A stretch of DNA of 64,000 bases, taken from the IMG/VR virus record IMGVR_UViG_3300044633_001982, one strand, 5' to 3'. This document shows positions 28,001 through 36,177 of the stretch, one piece after another; positions within the stretch are counted from its first letter, which is position 1; each line of letters starts with the position of its first letter. A model generated the notes under the pieces. The model was given only the letters and a program-made list of their open reading frames with translations. It made no database searches and was not told the origin of the DNA. Origin of the DNA: a virus. Its lineage: Duplodnaviria; Caudoviricetes. A program made the position numbers and the translations under genes.

Positions 28001-29403
28001 GTCATCCCAACTGATGGAACCACACTTTGACCTACCCAATTTACGCCTGTCACTTGGTAATTAATACCTGAACAACATTCTTGTAATATATAATAAGCGT
28101 TTTTATTAACCGACGTTGAAGATGGTGTAGGTGTTGGAGTTTGAGTAGGACCTGGAGTTGGTGTAACAGGGTTACTAATTAAGTAATTTAATGTTATTGT
28201 GTTACAACCAGGACTTGAAGAACCTGCTCCTGATATTGATTGACCATTTATTAGGTCGTATAAGAAAATAACTTGGAAACTTGAACCATTATAAATTAAT
28301 CTATATACTGAATAATTGTTTACTAAAAATAAACTATTACCTTGAGTTGCGATACCCTCAACTTGAGTCAATCCCAAAGTTGTTAAATTTACCGAATTTT
28401 GTAAATTACCCGAAACATCATATTCATTTAAGTACTTAACACCTGTGTTACTTGTTACAGACATTATATACGTGTTTGATGAAGTTTTAATTAAATCACC
28501 TGTGATTGAATAACCTGTTGGTAATTGAAATAATAATGTGTTGGATGCTGTTGAAGTGCTTACATTTAATTCATAAATTGAATTACTTGAATTACAAATC
28601 AACACATTATTACTAATACTTGCTAAACCTCTACCTAACGTAATTGTTGTTGTAATAGTGTTAACAAGTGTTAATGTTGTCTTATTATATCGGTATATTG
28701 TATTACCTAAGTTTGAAGTATATAGATAACTTGATGAAACTGCGACATCGTTTGAAGATAACGCAGGTGTTAGAGTTCCTAAAAGATTATATGTATTTGC
28801 GCTAGGATTAAGTGTCATAATCCTATCCGCGTTAGCGTCTATTAAATAAATTGTACAATCAACAAATCCGTTAGTTGGAGTGATTGTTGGTGTGGGTGTT
28901 TTGGTAGGTGTTTTGGTAGGTGTTTTGGTAGGTGTTTTGGTAGGGGTCTTAGTAGGTGTAACTGATGGAGTTTTTGTTTTTGTTGGGGTATGAGTTTTTG
29001 TTGGTGTCGGAGTTTTTGTTTTTGTTGGTGTAGGTGTCGGAGTGGTGGCAGCTCCACCGGAATCTTCGCAAATTAGAAACTCCGATTTACAAACAGTACA
29101 GCTAGCACAACTATTAGTTAAACTTGCACACGGTCCATAACCACCACTACCTACAAACCCAGACCAAGTGTATGTTGAAAGAGATGGATTAGGTCCTGGA
29201 AGTGAGGATACAATTATTCCACAATCACCTGATGTGAAACCTGAACTTACAATTATATATACTTCACCTGTTTGAACAGTTATAGTATCACCTAAGTAAT
29301 TAGTATAGTCAGGAATACCGCTAGGGGCGTAAAGAACATACTGAGTTTGAGATACACCGTTACAACATCTATTTACTTTATAATAACCTGGTAATAAAGC
29401 CAT
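25036..29403 (-). CDS. Large modular decoration/fibre protein: Cys-rich modules, two beta-propeller-like domains, many Pro/Thr stalks
   Basis: 1455 aa; two similar blade-repeat regions (D.AVS..Y; GDL/ILK; GI..G.N.YL) separated by (TKTP)n tracts. Confidence 0.7.
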   Translation of the reverse strand: MALLPGYYKVNRCCNGVSQTQYVLYAPSGIPDYTNYLGDTITVQTGEVYIIVSSGFTSGDCGIIVSSLPGPNPSLSTYTWSGFVGSGGYGPCASLTNSCASCTVCKSEFLICEDSGGAATTPTPTPTKTKTPTPTKTHTPTKTKTPSVTPTKTPTKTPTKTPTKTPTKTPTPTITPTNGFVDCTIYLIDANADRIMTLNPSANTYNLLGTLTPALSSNDVAVSSSYLYTSNLGNTIYRYNKTTLTLVNTITTTITLGRGLASISNNVLICNSSNSIYELNVSTSTASNTLLFQLPTGYSITGDLIKTSSNTYIMSVTSNTGVKYLNEYDVSGNLQNSVNLTTLGLTQVEGIATQGNSLFLVNNYSVYRLIYNGSSFQVIFLYDLINGQSISGAGSSSPGCNTITLNYLISNPVTPTPGPTQTPTPTPSSTSVNKNAYYILQECCSGINYQVTGVNWVGQSVVPSVGMTVHMSIKNLSLGTEITSCFVLISFSTVFNGTLPLYGPPTVASTTITKYGANDCATCLSSEGITCVTPTPTPTVTKTPTKTPTKTPTKTPTKTPTKTPTPTPTSGTDSCPIYVNAGKNIYINNPITNTTTLVGQLVGGTNQGPDLAVSDNYFFSYLNHVISRYNKQTLQFVDSRTLTYNGNPFYLGAGLDSLNDNLIITESNGILYQVNLLPNPATITELFPLGDGTGISYLNGDILKLTNGKYITTEYQTGGGPVAYLVRQYSSDNSGTIEVEINVGSLGYNDIYGIGIKAGNIYLYRGNSLGQVLQLTYNSGSWVLTPAGGTSVYNQGAASLIICNTVSLSNVQGNPSPAPAPIPASPTPTITPTKTKTPTPTHTSNLAQATSTPTPTNTPTKTKTPTPTKTKTPTPTPSTTSKSIKPTSTPTRTITPTKSQVCTSPNILSAVYLGGDQFYVTWETTTGNCNIVTLYYSFDDITYSSSTFGCGPSVTIAASGYLTGPLYLYTLITCTGGGTASPSKVFTTTAVAVTPTITPSNTPTKTPAKTSTPTKTPTATLTLTPTNTVTPSITPTNNPTPTVTRTSVSFNTPTPTPTKTVTPSITPTITPTTYTTCPLQVYTVYTNDPSYSQYDGVYNLISEWNGQSYYWNSSSLNVIYYNTGTTRWCLSQTLDGPCVLEGKSPCFNKCPDLCDDILYIGLVTPTPTPSDITCSDFWFEAQFECSVDGSGSYPGLTPTPTLTPTVTSTPTSTPTPTQYCSGKSVDVSATTITISTSPTPTKTPTPTPLPFDVPIAGTVTYNSFEQFLLCPISKKLVDCNSDQIFYVTGSLGEVPIGAVVSVYINNISYCVTYVDVVSTAPTHSLTSVASVDLLNCVFCTPGISPSPTPTYTPTPTPSSTLTPTPSLQAYTYIYRVCRSYPLSPIIVIQTQPVPNVSLGQGFTSQPTSPSQGKKVTFINVIPGWSPNYPADIVHTGNYFGVASNISDTPNCPPST
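26777..26831. repeat. 24-bp direct repeat x2 (8-residue Pro/Thr/Lys unit)
   Basis: gttggtgttggagtctttgttttt at 26777 and 26801. Confidence 0.8.
27721..27780. repeat. Perfect 12-bp tandem repeat x5 encoding (TKTP)n
   Basis: agtcggagtctt five times. Confidence 0.95.
28895..28942. repeat. Perfect 12-bp tandem repeat x4 encoding (TKTP)n
   Basis: ggtgttttggta four times. Confidence 0.95.
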
Positions 29404-29627
29404 TAACTTACATTAAAATTATTAATTATCACACACCCATAAACATCAATTAATTTAATAATATAATTACTTTGAGTATCAAATGGTTGTGGTATTATAA
29501 AATTATATGGTAATTGAGAATCGGTAATTTGATTAATATAAATGCAAGTTGTTTGTGAAGTGTCACAAAGATATACATCATACGGAGTTGACCCCGTTAT
29601 ATTATTAACCGTAACTTGAACTGCCAT
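29403..29627 (-). CDS. Stand-alone docking domain protein (74 aa)
   Basis: NITGSTPYDVYLCD....CIY...D.YGC aligns with the N-termini of ORFs 8585 and 17760. Confidence 0.75.
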   Translation of the reverse strand: MAVQVTVNNITGSTPYDVYLCDTSQTTCIYINQITDSQLPYNFIIPQPFDTQSNYIIKLIDVYGCVIINNFNVS

Positions 29628-29636
29628 AACTTTTAA

Positions 29637-29643
29637 ATAAATA
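29637..29643 (-). promoter_or_regulatory. Putative late promoter motif TATTTAT
   Basis: 9 nt upstream of the minus-strand ATG at 29627. Confidence 0.45.
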
Positions 29644-29668
29644 TAGAAGTAACAAAAAGTTTGTGTAG

Positions 29669-29699
29669 TTTGATTTAAATAACTTTTTTATTATATTTT
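29669..29699 (+). promoter_or_regulatory. Bacteroidota-type promoter TTTG-N19-TATATTTT (1 mismatch) for the primase operon
   Basis: Matches -33 TTTG / -7 TAnnTTTG except the last base. Confidence 0.45.
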
Positions 29700-29704
29700 A
29701 TGGT

Positions 29705-30601
29705 ATGGACGAAAATGAAGTATTGGTGGATATGATGAGAGACCTTTTTGGGAAAGAAAAACATTTCTATTCTTCAAAAGGACAAATTTCATTTAATTGT
29801 CCTTATTGTGATGATGGGAAAAATAAAGGTAATTTAGAAATTAATATTAATGAACACGTCTACAAATGTTGGGCATGTTCTGAAACAAATGGAACTCATG
29901 GAGTGCTAGGAAAATTAATTGACATATTTGGTACCAAAAGACAAAGAAAGATTTACGACCTATTTAAACCTGAAGACCAAAAAGTAAAAGAAAAGTTTAT
30001 TCCAAAATTACAACTACCCAAAGAATTTACATCATTTAAAGATATTAATCCACTACATATTCCTCACAAAGAAGCTCTAAAGTATATAAAATCAAGAGGT
30101 ATAACGGACCAAATGATTGAAAAATATAATATTGGATTTGCTTCAGAAGGAGAGTATATGGGGAGGGTTATTGTACCATCATATGATAAAGAAGGTGAGT
30201 TAAACTACTTTGTTTCAAGAGCTTGGTTTAAGACAAAAAATAAATATAAAAATCCTGAAGCTCCAAAAGAAGTGATAATTTTTAATGAAAGATTAATTGA
30301 TTGGGATAAAACAATTTATTTATGTGAAGGTGTTTTCGACGGATTCTTTGTTCCAAATCCTGTAATACTTTTAGGTAAAGTTTTAAGTGAAAAGTTATTT
30401 GAGACAATCTATGACAATGCAAAATCAGATGTGATTATTTGTTTGGACGCTGACGCATGGAAAGACGCCCAAAAATTATACAACCAATTAAATGGTGGAA
30501 AGTTAAGAGGTAGAGTTAAAGTTTTAAAACTACCAAAAGATTCAGATGTTGCCGAATTAAGAGGTAAGATTGATGATTATTATTATGAAATGAAATATTA
30601 A
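29705..30601 (+). CDS. dnaG: DNA primase (zinc-binding domain + TOPRIM)
   Basis: CPYC...CWAC zinc finger; LCEGVFDG and LDADA TOPRIM motifs. Confidence 0.88.
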   Translation: MDENEVLVDMMRDLFGKEKHFYSSKGQISFNCPYCDDGKNKGNLEININEHVYKCWACSETNGTHGVLGKLIDIFGTKRQRKIYDLFKPEDQKVKEKFIPKLQLPKEFTSFKDINPLHIPHKEALKYIKSRGITDQMIEKYNIGFASEGEYMGRVIVPSYDKEGELNYFVSRAWFKTKNKYKNPEAPKEVIIFNERLIDWDKTIYLCEGVFDGFFVPNPVILLGKVLSEKLFETIYDNAKSDVIICLDADAWKDAQKLYNQLNGGKLRGRVKVLKLPKDSDVAELRGKIDDYYYEMKY

Positions 30602-30602
30602 A

Positions 30603-31457
30603 ATGGATTTAAAAAATGTTGCTCTTGAGATTAGAGAGATTTTAGAAGAAAAAAGAAATGAATTAGAGTTAACTTTTATTGAAGATACTCACACTTATTT
30701 TATGAAAGATGTTGATGGGGAAGTTAAAAGTTCTTTCCCGTCAGTATCAAAAGTACTAAAAAAGTTTTACCCTGAGTTCCCGACTGATGAAGCCGCGGAA
30801 AAAAAATCAAAAGGGGACCCTGTAGTTAAACAACAACTTATTGAGGAATGGGCGGCTGCGGGAGATTACTCAACAAATATGGGTAGTCGAGTACACTATA
30901 TCTTGGAAAAGAAATTAATTGAAAAACATGGCGATTATAAAGAAGTAAGACAACCTGTTTTTGATTGTGATTTTACTCAAATATTAAAAGGGGATAGTAT
31001 GATATCCGCTGGGTCAAAATATCTTAAACTTATGGAAGGTAGAGATGTTGTCTTATTAGATACTGAGATGGTATTGGGGCATCCTGAACTTGGTTACACA
31101 GGACAACCTGATAAAATTTGGTTAGTGGTTAATAAGAAAGGTGATGAATTTGGATTACTAATAACCGACTGGAAAACAAATAAACCTAAAAACTTTGTTG
31201 CTAATAATTTCACAAAGTCAATGTATAGTCCGTTTCAGAAGTATCCAAATACTGCATTAGGACATTATTATGTTCAGCTACCACTTTATGGTAAATTATT
31301 GTTAAAAATGTTAGAGGGGACAAAATATGAAAACATTAGGTTATATGGATGTATTGTCGTATTATTGCGTGAGGATTCAGAATATGAAGAATATCGTGTT
31401 CCACAAGATGTAATTGATACCGTTCTTAATATGAACGTAAAAGATTATTTAAATTGA
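30603..31457 (+). CDS. PD-(D/E)XK exonuclease (Cas4/RecB-like)
   Basis: GSRVHYILE, GQPD.I, DWKT, Y.VQL.LY motifs. Confidence 0.85.
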   Translation: MDLKNVALEIREILEEKRNELELTFIEDTHTYFMKDVDGEVKSSFPSVSKVLKKFYPEFPTDEAAEKKSKGDPVVKQQLIEEWAAAGDYSTNMGSRVHYILEKKLIEKHGDYKEVRQPVFDCDFTQILKGDSMISAGSKYLKLMEGRDVVLLDTEMVLGHPELGYTGQPDKIWLVVNKKGDEFGLLITDWKTNKPKNFVANNFTKSMYSPFQKYPNTALGHYYVQLPLYGKLLLKMLEGTKYENIRLYGCIVVLLREDSEYEEYRVPQDVIDTVLNMNVKDYLN

Positions 31458-31482
31458 CAATAAACTTAAAAAGTTATATATT
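31454..31482 (+). promoter_or_regulatory. Sigma70-like promoter TTGACA-N17-TATATT
   Basis: Consensus -35 with exact 17-nt spacing; 8 nt before the ATG at 31491. Confidence 0.65.
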
Positions 31483-31490
31483 TAAACACT

Positions 31491-31709
31491 ATGATTAAAC
31501 TAACATTTTACACAAAAAACAAACAAGTTACCGTTGATTTTGGTGACCTACATCACGAAAGTTACGAGAACGTACCAACAGTTCAGGTAAGAGAAGGATA
31601 CTATGAAGTTATGAAACGAATTGATAATATTATGGTTCCTTCAGGTTACTCATCAATTCCGGTACTCAGAGTACCAATTTCACAAACAATAATGTTTATC
31701 GAAGAATAA
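31491..31709 (+). CDS. Hypothetical protein
   Basis: 72-aa ORF with an upstream promoter. Confidence 0.65.
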   Translation: MIKLTFYTKNKQVTVDFGDLHHESYENVPTVQVREGYYEVMKRIDNIMVPSGYSSIPVLRVPISQTIMFIEE

Positions 31710-31710
31710 T

Positions 31711-31794
31711 ATGATTACATTTGGAATTATCTCAATTGCAATATCAGTGTATGTTGCTTACGATATTATAAAAACTGTTAAAAATAATAAATAA
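31711..31794 (+). CDS. 27-aa single-TM micropeptide (not in ORF track)
   Basis: MITFGIISIAISVYVAYDIIKTVKNNK* exactly fills the gap between 31709 and 31795. Confidence 0.6.
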   Translation: MITFGIISIAISVYVAYDIIKTVKNNK

Positions 31795-32028
31795 ATGGAT
31801 TTAGAAAAACCAAGAATTAATTTAAGAGAAATGAACTTTGTTAAATGTGACGAGTGTGACTTTGACCAGTTCAAAGAAGTTACTTATTTAAAATTAGTCC
31901 CAAAACTAATGACAGGGTCGCCTAATGACACAATCGTACCTTTTCCAACTTACGCTTGTCTGAAGTGTGGACATATTAATGAGGAATTAAATCCTTTCAC
32001 ACAAGACTCACCTAAACTTGACTTATGA
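31795..32028 (+). CDS. Zinc-ribbon protein
   Basis: CDEC...CLKCGH. Confidence 0.75.
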   Translation: MDLEKPRINLREMNFVKCDECDFDQFKEVTYLKLVPKLMTGSPNDTIVPFPTYACLKCGHINEELNPFTQDSPKLDL

Positions 32029-32804
32029 TAAAAAAAATAATTCATTTCAGTGATTTACACATTCGTTTATTTAAAGACCACGACTTGTATAAGAGAATTT
32101 TACAAGATGCCTTCAAACAGTGGAGAGATATTGCTCCTGACCGTATTGTCTTTACTGGAGATTTAGTACATTCTAAAAATCAAATGACGCCTGAGCTTGT
32201 TGAATTTATTGCTTGGGTATTGACAGAATGTTCAAAAATTACTAAGACAATTTTAATACCTGGTAACCATGACTTCCTTGAAAATAATATGGAAAGATTG
32301 GACGCCTTAACTCCAGTGGTGGATTCACTACAAAATGAAATGGTGGTCTATTATAAAAATAGAGGTGTTTACCCTGACCAAAATATTGATTGGTGTGTGT
32401 ACTCACTTATGGACCATAATATTCCACCTGAGATTGAAAAATCAGACCGAGTTAAGATTGGATTGTTCCATGGTCCTGTACAAGGATTAACAACCAATTT
32501 AGGATTTAAATTTGAAGATGGATTTGAATCTTCAAAATTTGATGGATGTGATTTGGTATTTTGTGGTGACATCCATAAGAGACAAATCTTTGATATACCT
32601 GGTGGAAAGAAAGCTTATATGATTGGTTCAACCATTGTACAAAACTATGGTGAAACTATTACAAAACATGGGTATGGAATTTATGATGTTGAAAAGGATG
32701 AATATGTTACTGTTGACTTACATAACCCAAAACCATTTATTGCTTTTAGAATAAACTCATACGAAGATATTGAAAATGGAAAAGAAAAACTCGTTAACTA
32801 TTGA
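32025..32804 (+). CDS. sbcD: Mre11/SbcD-like metallophosphoesterase nuclease (short; nuclease domain only)
   Basis: HFSDLH, FTGDLVH, PGNHD, FHG, GDIH motifs. Confidence 0.88.
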   Translation: MIKKIIHFSDLHIRLFKDHDLYKRILQDAFKQWRDIAPDRIVFTGDLVHSKNQMTPELVEFIAWVLTECSKITKTILIPGNHDFLENNMERLDALTPVVDSLQNEMVVYYKNRGVYPDQNIDWCVYSLMDHNIPPEIEKSDRVKIGLFHGPVQGLTTNLGFKFEDGFESSKFDGCDLVFCGDIHKRQIFDIPGGKKAYMIGSTIVQNYGETITKHGYGIYDVEKDEYVTVDLHNPKPFIAFRINSYEDIENGKEKLVNY

Positions 32805-33228
32805 GTTAAGTAGATTAGACTCTGAGGATATTAATTTATTTTGTAAATTAAATGAAATAAATGATGTAAATGGATTTATTACATTATGTTTGAGAAAAGG
32901 GTATTATATTGAAAAATATGGATTATTAAATCAAGGTAACCTACCTGATGTAATTGAAAGAGAATTTGAAAGAGAAATAAAAGTCGAGGATACTTCAAAG
33001 ATTGAAGAACTTGAAAATCAAATTTATATACTTAAAGGTAAACTTGAAAACCAAAAAGAAATTGAGTGTTTAAAACTTCAAGAAACACTCATGGAACTTA
33101 ATAGACAACTTGGAGATAAAAATGAAACAATAAAAGAATTAAGAAGTAAGGTTAATGACCTTGAAAATTTGACAAAAACTTCTTATGCTTTTTATATGAA
33201 AAATTCAAACTTAACAAATAAATTATAA
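32776..33228 (+). CDS. Coiled-coil hypothetical protein
   Basis: Heptad-rich C-terminal half; ATG at 32776. Confidence 0.6.
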   Translation: MEKKNSLTIELSRLDSEDINLFCKLNEINDVNGFITLCLRKGYYIEKYGLLNQGNLPDVIEREFEREIKVEDTSKIEELENQIYILKGKLENQKEIECLKLQETLMELNRQLGDKNETIKELRSKVNDLENLTKTSYAFYMKNSNLTNKL

Positions 33229-33232
33229 TATT

Positions 33233-33583
33233 ATGACAGCATTTATTGTATGGGCAATATTAGCCTACGGATTTAGCACAATAATGGTATATGGTACCAT
33301 TTTTAAAGGAATGAGAAATTTCATAAAAGAATATGGGGAATCTGATTTGATTATGTCTGATACATCTAAATTCATATCTGGTATTTTATCATGTATGATG
33401 TGTTGTTCTACATGGATTGGGTTTTTCTTAGGTTTATTTATTTATTCCCCTACCCACGAATTATTCCAATTAAACTCATATTTCTCTTGGTTTTTTGACG
33501 GATTATTGGCTTCAGGGTCAGTATGGGGAATAAATGGATTTATTGAATGGTTCGAAGAAAATAGACCAAGTAAAATTAAATAA
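33233..33583 (+). CDS. Membrane protein, DUF1360-like
   Basis: Three hydrophobic segments; LSCMMCCSTW resembles the DUF1360 CxxCxSxW motif. Confidence 0.6.
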   Translation: MTAFIVWAILAYGFSTIMVYGTIFKGMRNFIKEYGESDLIMSDTSKFISGILSCMMCCSTWIGFFLGLFIYSPTHELFQLNSYFSWFFDGLLASGSVWGINGFIEWFEENRPSKIK

Positions 33584-33599
33584 CTAAAAACAAATATAT

Positions 33600-33785
33600 A
33601 TGCCAAAATCAAGATTAAGACCAAACCACAAACAGAAAGTTGCGGCTTGGAAAATGAAAGTAGAACACGCTAAAAGACGTTATCAAAGAATGATGAACGA
33701 AGCGATGATGGAACAAATTGAAAAAATTAGAGAGGCTCAATCAGGAACCACTGAGAACAATGAACCTGTTCAGCAAACCGTTTAA
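33600..33785 (+). CDS. Small basic hypothetical protein
   Basis: 61 aa, Arg/Lys-rich N-terminus, A-rich leader. Confidence 0.6.
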   Translation: MPKSRLRPNHKQKVAAWKMKVEHAKRRYQRMMNEAMMEQIEKIREAQSGTTENNEPVQQTV

Positions 33786-33801
33786 TTTAGAGAGAGTAAG
33801 G

Positions 33802-36129
33802 ATGATTAAAGATTTGGATTTTAATAAGTTTGAAAACCCATATGTACAAGTCGTATGGGAGGATGCTCCCGAAAATTTCACACAAGAAAAGTTAAAGAAT
33901 GTGAAACATTACTTCCAAAAGAAGTATAACACAACTAGTGTAAATGTTATTACAAAACTTAAAAAGAGTGAAGAAGTTCAGGACAATGTTGACGTGTCAT
34001 TCAATATTATGGATGAAAACTTCCAACATGAACTTATGAAATCCATTCTTGAATCTAAAGGACAAGTAAATCTTTATGAAGATATTCTAAAAATTGACTC
34101 AGCAGTTAACAACAAAATGATTGCTGAACAAGAAGAGGTTGGGACATTCAAGAAGTGGTTTATTAAGAAAATTGAGTTTTCAAATTTTTTATCTTACGGT
34201 GAAAATCAAACCCTTAACTTTGAAAAGTTAGGGGGTATCACTGTAATTGAATCAGACCCACCTAACTTTGGAGGTAAGACTGTTCTATCTGTTGATTTAT
34301 TGTTATTTTTATTCTTTAATACTACGACCAAGACAAACAAGGCTGAGGAAGTATTCAATAGGTACTCAGATAAAGATAAAGTATCTGTTCGTGGTGAGAT
34401 TGTAATTGATGGTGAGGATTACATTATTGTTCGAGAACTTGAACGTAAAAAATCAAAGGCAGGTGAATGGAATGTTAAAACTGAATTAGATTTCTTTAAG
34501 AAATATCCTGATGGTTCATTAGTTAAGTTTACTGGAGAACAAAGACGAGAAACTGAAAATTTCATCAAAACATCTATTGGAAGTTATGATGACTTCTTAA
34601 TGACTATTTTAACTACAGGTACTAACCTTGAAGATTTACTTGAGGCTAAACCAACGGCAAGAGGACAAGTTTTATCAAGATTTTTAGGATTAGATTTCTT
34701 AAAAAGAAAAGAAGAAACTGGTAAAGAAATTTATTCAGTATTTTCTAAGTCTATGATTTCAAATATCTACAACACTGAATCATTAAAAACTCAGAATGAG
34801 GAGTTAGTCATTACCAATGAAACTATTAAAAATACAATTAAGGAAAATCAAACTAAGATTGTTGATGTTAATGGACGTATTGATAAAGGTCAGGAGTATC
34901 GTGACAATTTATTAAAATCAAAAGTTGTTGTTGAAAAAGAACTTACTCTAATGAACCCTGACCAAACTCAAAAAGAGATTGATGGGTTTGAAAATCAGAT
35001 TAAACAAAACATTTTATTGAGAGATTCAATTAAGATTGTTGAACCTTCAGAGTTTTATACTGAAAGTGAACACGACAAGATTAAAGAAGAATATCAAAAG
35101 GCTTATAAGCAAAAAGTTGAGGTTGATACGAACATTTCAGGAATTGAAAAGTTAAAAAGTTCTGTGAGTGGTGGAATCAAATGTGAACACTGTGGAATTG
35201 AATTAATGAACGCGGCAATCACACAATCTAGAATCGCAGAACTTGACGGACTTATCATGCAAAAAACCGAAATACAAGGGCTAATGCAGGAATTGTCCGA
35301 CAAAGAACAGGGGTTTGTTAAACTTAAAAAAGACTTTGATGAGTATGAAAAAAATAAACTTGTTTATGAAAAATACCAAGCTACAATAGAAACATTCCAA
35401 ACTAAAAAAGAAACTTTGGAGTCAAAACTATCAAGGTACTCTGAGATGCAAGACGTTATTAAGTCAAATGAGCAAATCGAGAGCCAAATCATAAAGGCAA
35501 ATTTAAGGTTGGAAGAATTAAAAAGAGAATTGGAACAGATACAAAAAAGTATCTCCAATTCAGAGTTCCAAATTAAACAAAACGAGGAGAAAATTGACGG
35601 TAATTTAAAGACAATTGTTAAAATTGCTGAGGAACAAGAAAAAGAAATGAAGTATAAATTGTACTTGGAATTGTTCGGTAAGAATGGTATTGCTAAGAGA
35701 ATTATGAAGAGCATGATGCCACTTATCAATTCAGAGTTACAACGATTATTACAGGACTCTTGTTATTTCAGATTAGAAATTCGTATTAGTGAAAAGAATG
35801 AGGTTGAGTTTTGGATGATTGATAACAATACCCAAGTTGAAAAACTTATGACAACAGGTTCAGGGTATGAGAAAACCATTGCATCACTCGCTCTAAGAGC
35901 GGTACTTGCCAAAGTATGTTCATTACCAAAACCAAACATTACAGTATTTGACGAGGTGTTCGGAAAGATTTCCAACGACAACTTGGAAATGGTATATGAG
36001 TTCTTTATTAAGATTAAAGAGTACTTTGAAAACATTTTAGTAATTACACACAACCCAATGATTTCAAATTGGGCGGATAATGTAATCAAAATTTCAAAAA
36101 CAGACAATATCTCCAAAGTTTCACAATAA
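33802..36129 (+). CDS. sbcC: Rad50/SbcC-like SMC ATPase with ~118-aa N-terminal extension
   Basis: IEFSNFLSYG, Walker A NFGGKT, CEHCG zinc hook, signature variant GSGYE, Walker B FDEVFG, H-loop ITHN. Start uncertain (33760/33802). Confidence 0.9.
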   Translation: MIKDLDFNKFENPYVQVVWEDAPENFTQEKLKNVKHYFQKKYNTTSVNVITKLKKSEEVQDNVDVSFNIMDENFQHELMKSILESKGQVNLYEDILKIDSAVNNKMIAEQEEVGTFKKWFIKKIEFSNFLSYGENQTLNFEKLGGITVIESDPPNFGGKTVLSVDLLLFLFFNTTTKTNKAEEVFNRYSDKDKVSVRGEIVIDGEDYIIVRELERKKSKAGEWNVKTELDFFKKYPDGSLVKFTGEQRRETENFIKTSIGSYDDFLMTILTTGTNLEDLLEAKPTARGQVLSRFLGLDFLKRKEETGKEIYSVFSKSMISNIYNTESLKTQNEELVITNETIKNTIKENQTKIVDVNGRIDKGQEYRDNLLKSKVVVEKELTLMNPDQTQKEIDGFENQIKQNILLRDSIKIVEPSEFYTESEHDKIKEEYQKAYKQKVEVDTNISGIEKLKSSVSGGIKCEHCGIELMNAAITQSRIAELDGLIMQKTEIQGLMQELSDKEQGFVKLKKDFDEYEKNKLVYEKYQATIETFQTKKETLESKLSRYSEMQDVIKSNEQIESQIIKANLRLEELKRELEQIQKSISNSEFQIKQNEEKIDGNLKTIVKIAEEQEKEMKYKLYLELFGKNGIAKRIMKSMMPLINSELQRLLQDSCYFRLEIRISEKNEVEFWMIDNNTQVEKLMTTGSGYEKTIASLALRAVLAKVCSLPKPNITVFDEVFGKISNDNLEMVYEFFIKIKEYFENILVITHNPMISNWADNVIKISKTDNISKVSQ

Positions 36130-36132
36130 TTC

Positions 36133-36164
36133 TTTGGGGATATTGTTTTTTCATCGTATATTTG
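36133..36164 (+). promoter_or_regulatory. Bacteroidota primary-sigma promoter TTTG-N20-TATATTTG
   Basis: Perfect match to -33 TTTG / -7 TAnnTTTG, upstream of 36178 and the sigma gene. Confidence 0.75.
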
Positions 36165-36177
36165 TAGAAATAAAATT

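Noticed and set aside
7306-29057. Many antisense or alternate-frame ORFs (for example 7306, 9679, 10299, 11350, 12340, 18716, 20358, 26177, 28842)
   Set aside because: They are shadow ORFs produced by low-complexity repeat codons of long real genes, with no independent signals.
30603-31457. Cas4 of a CRISPR system
   Set aside because: No Fe-S cysteine set is evident, there are no other cas genes or arrays, and the replication context fits a generic phage exonuclease.
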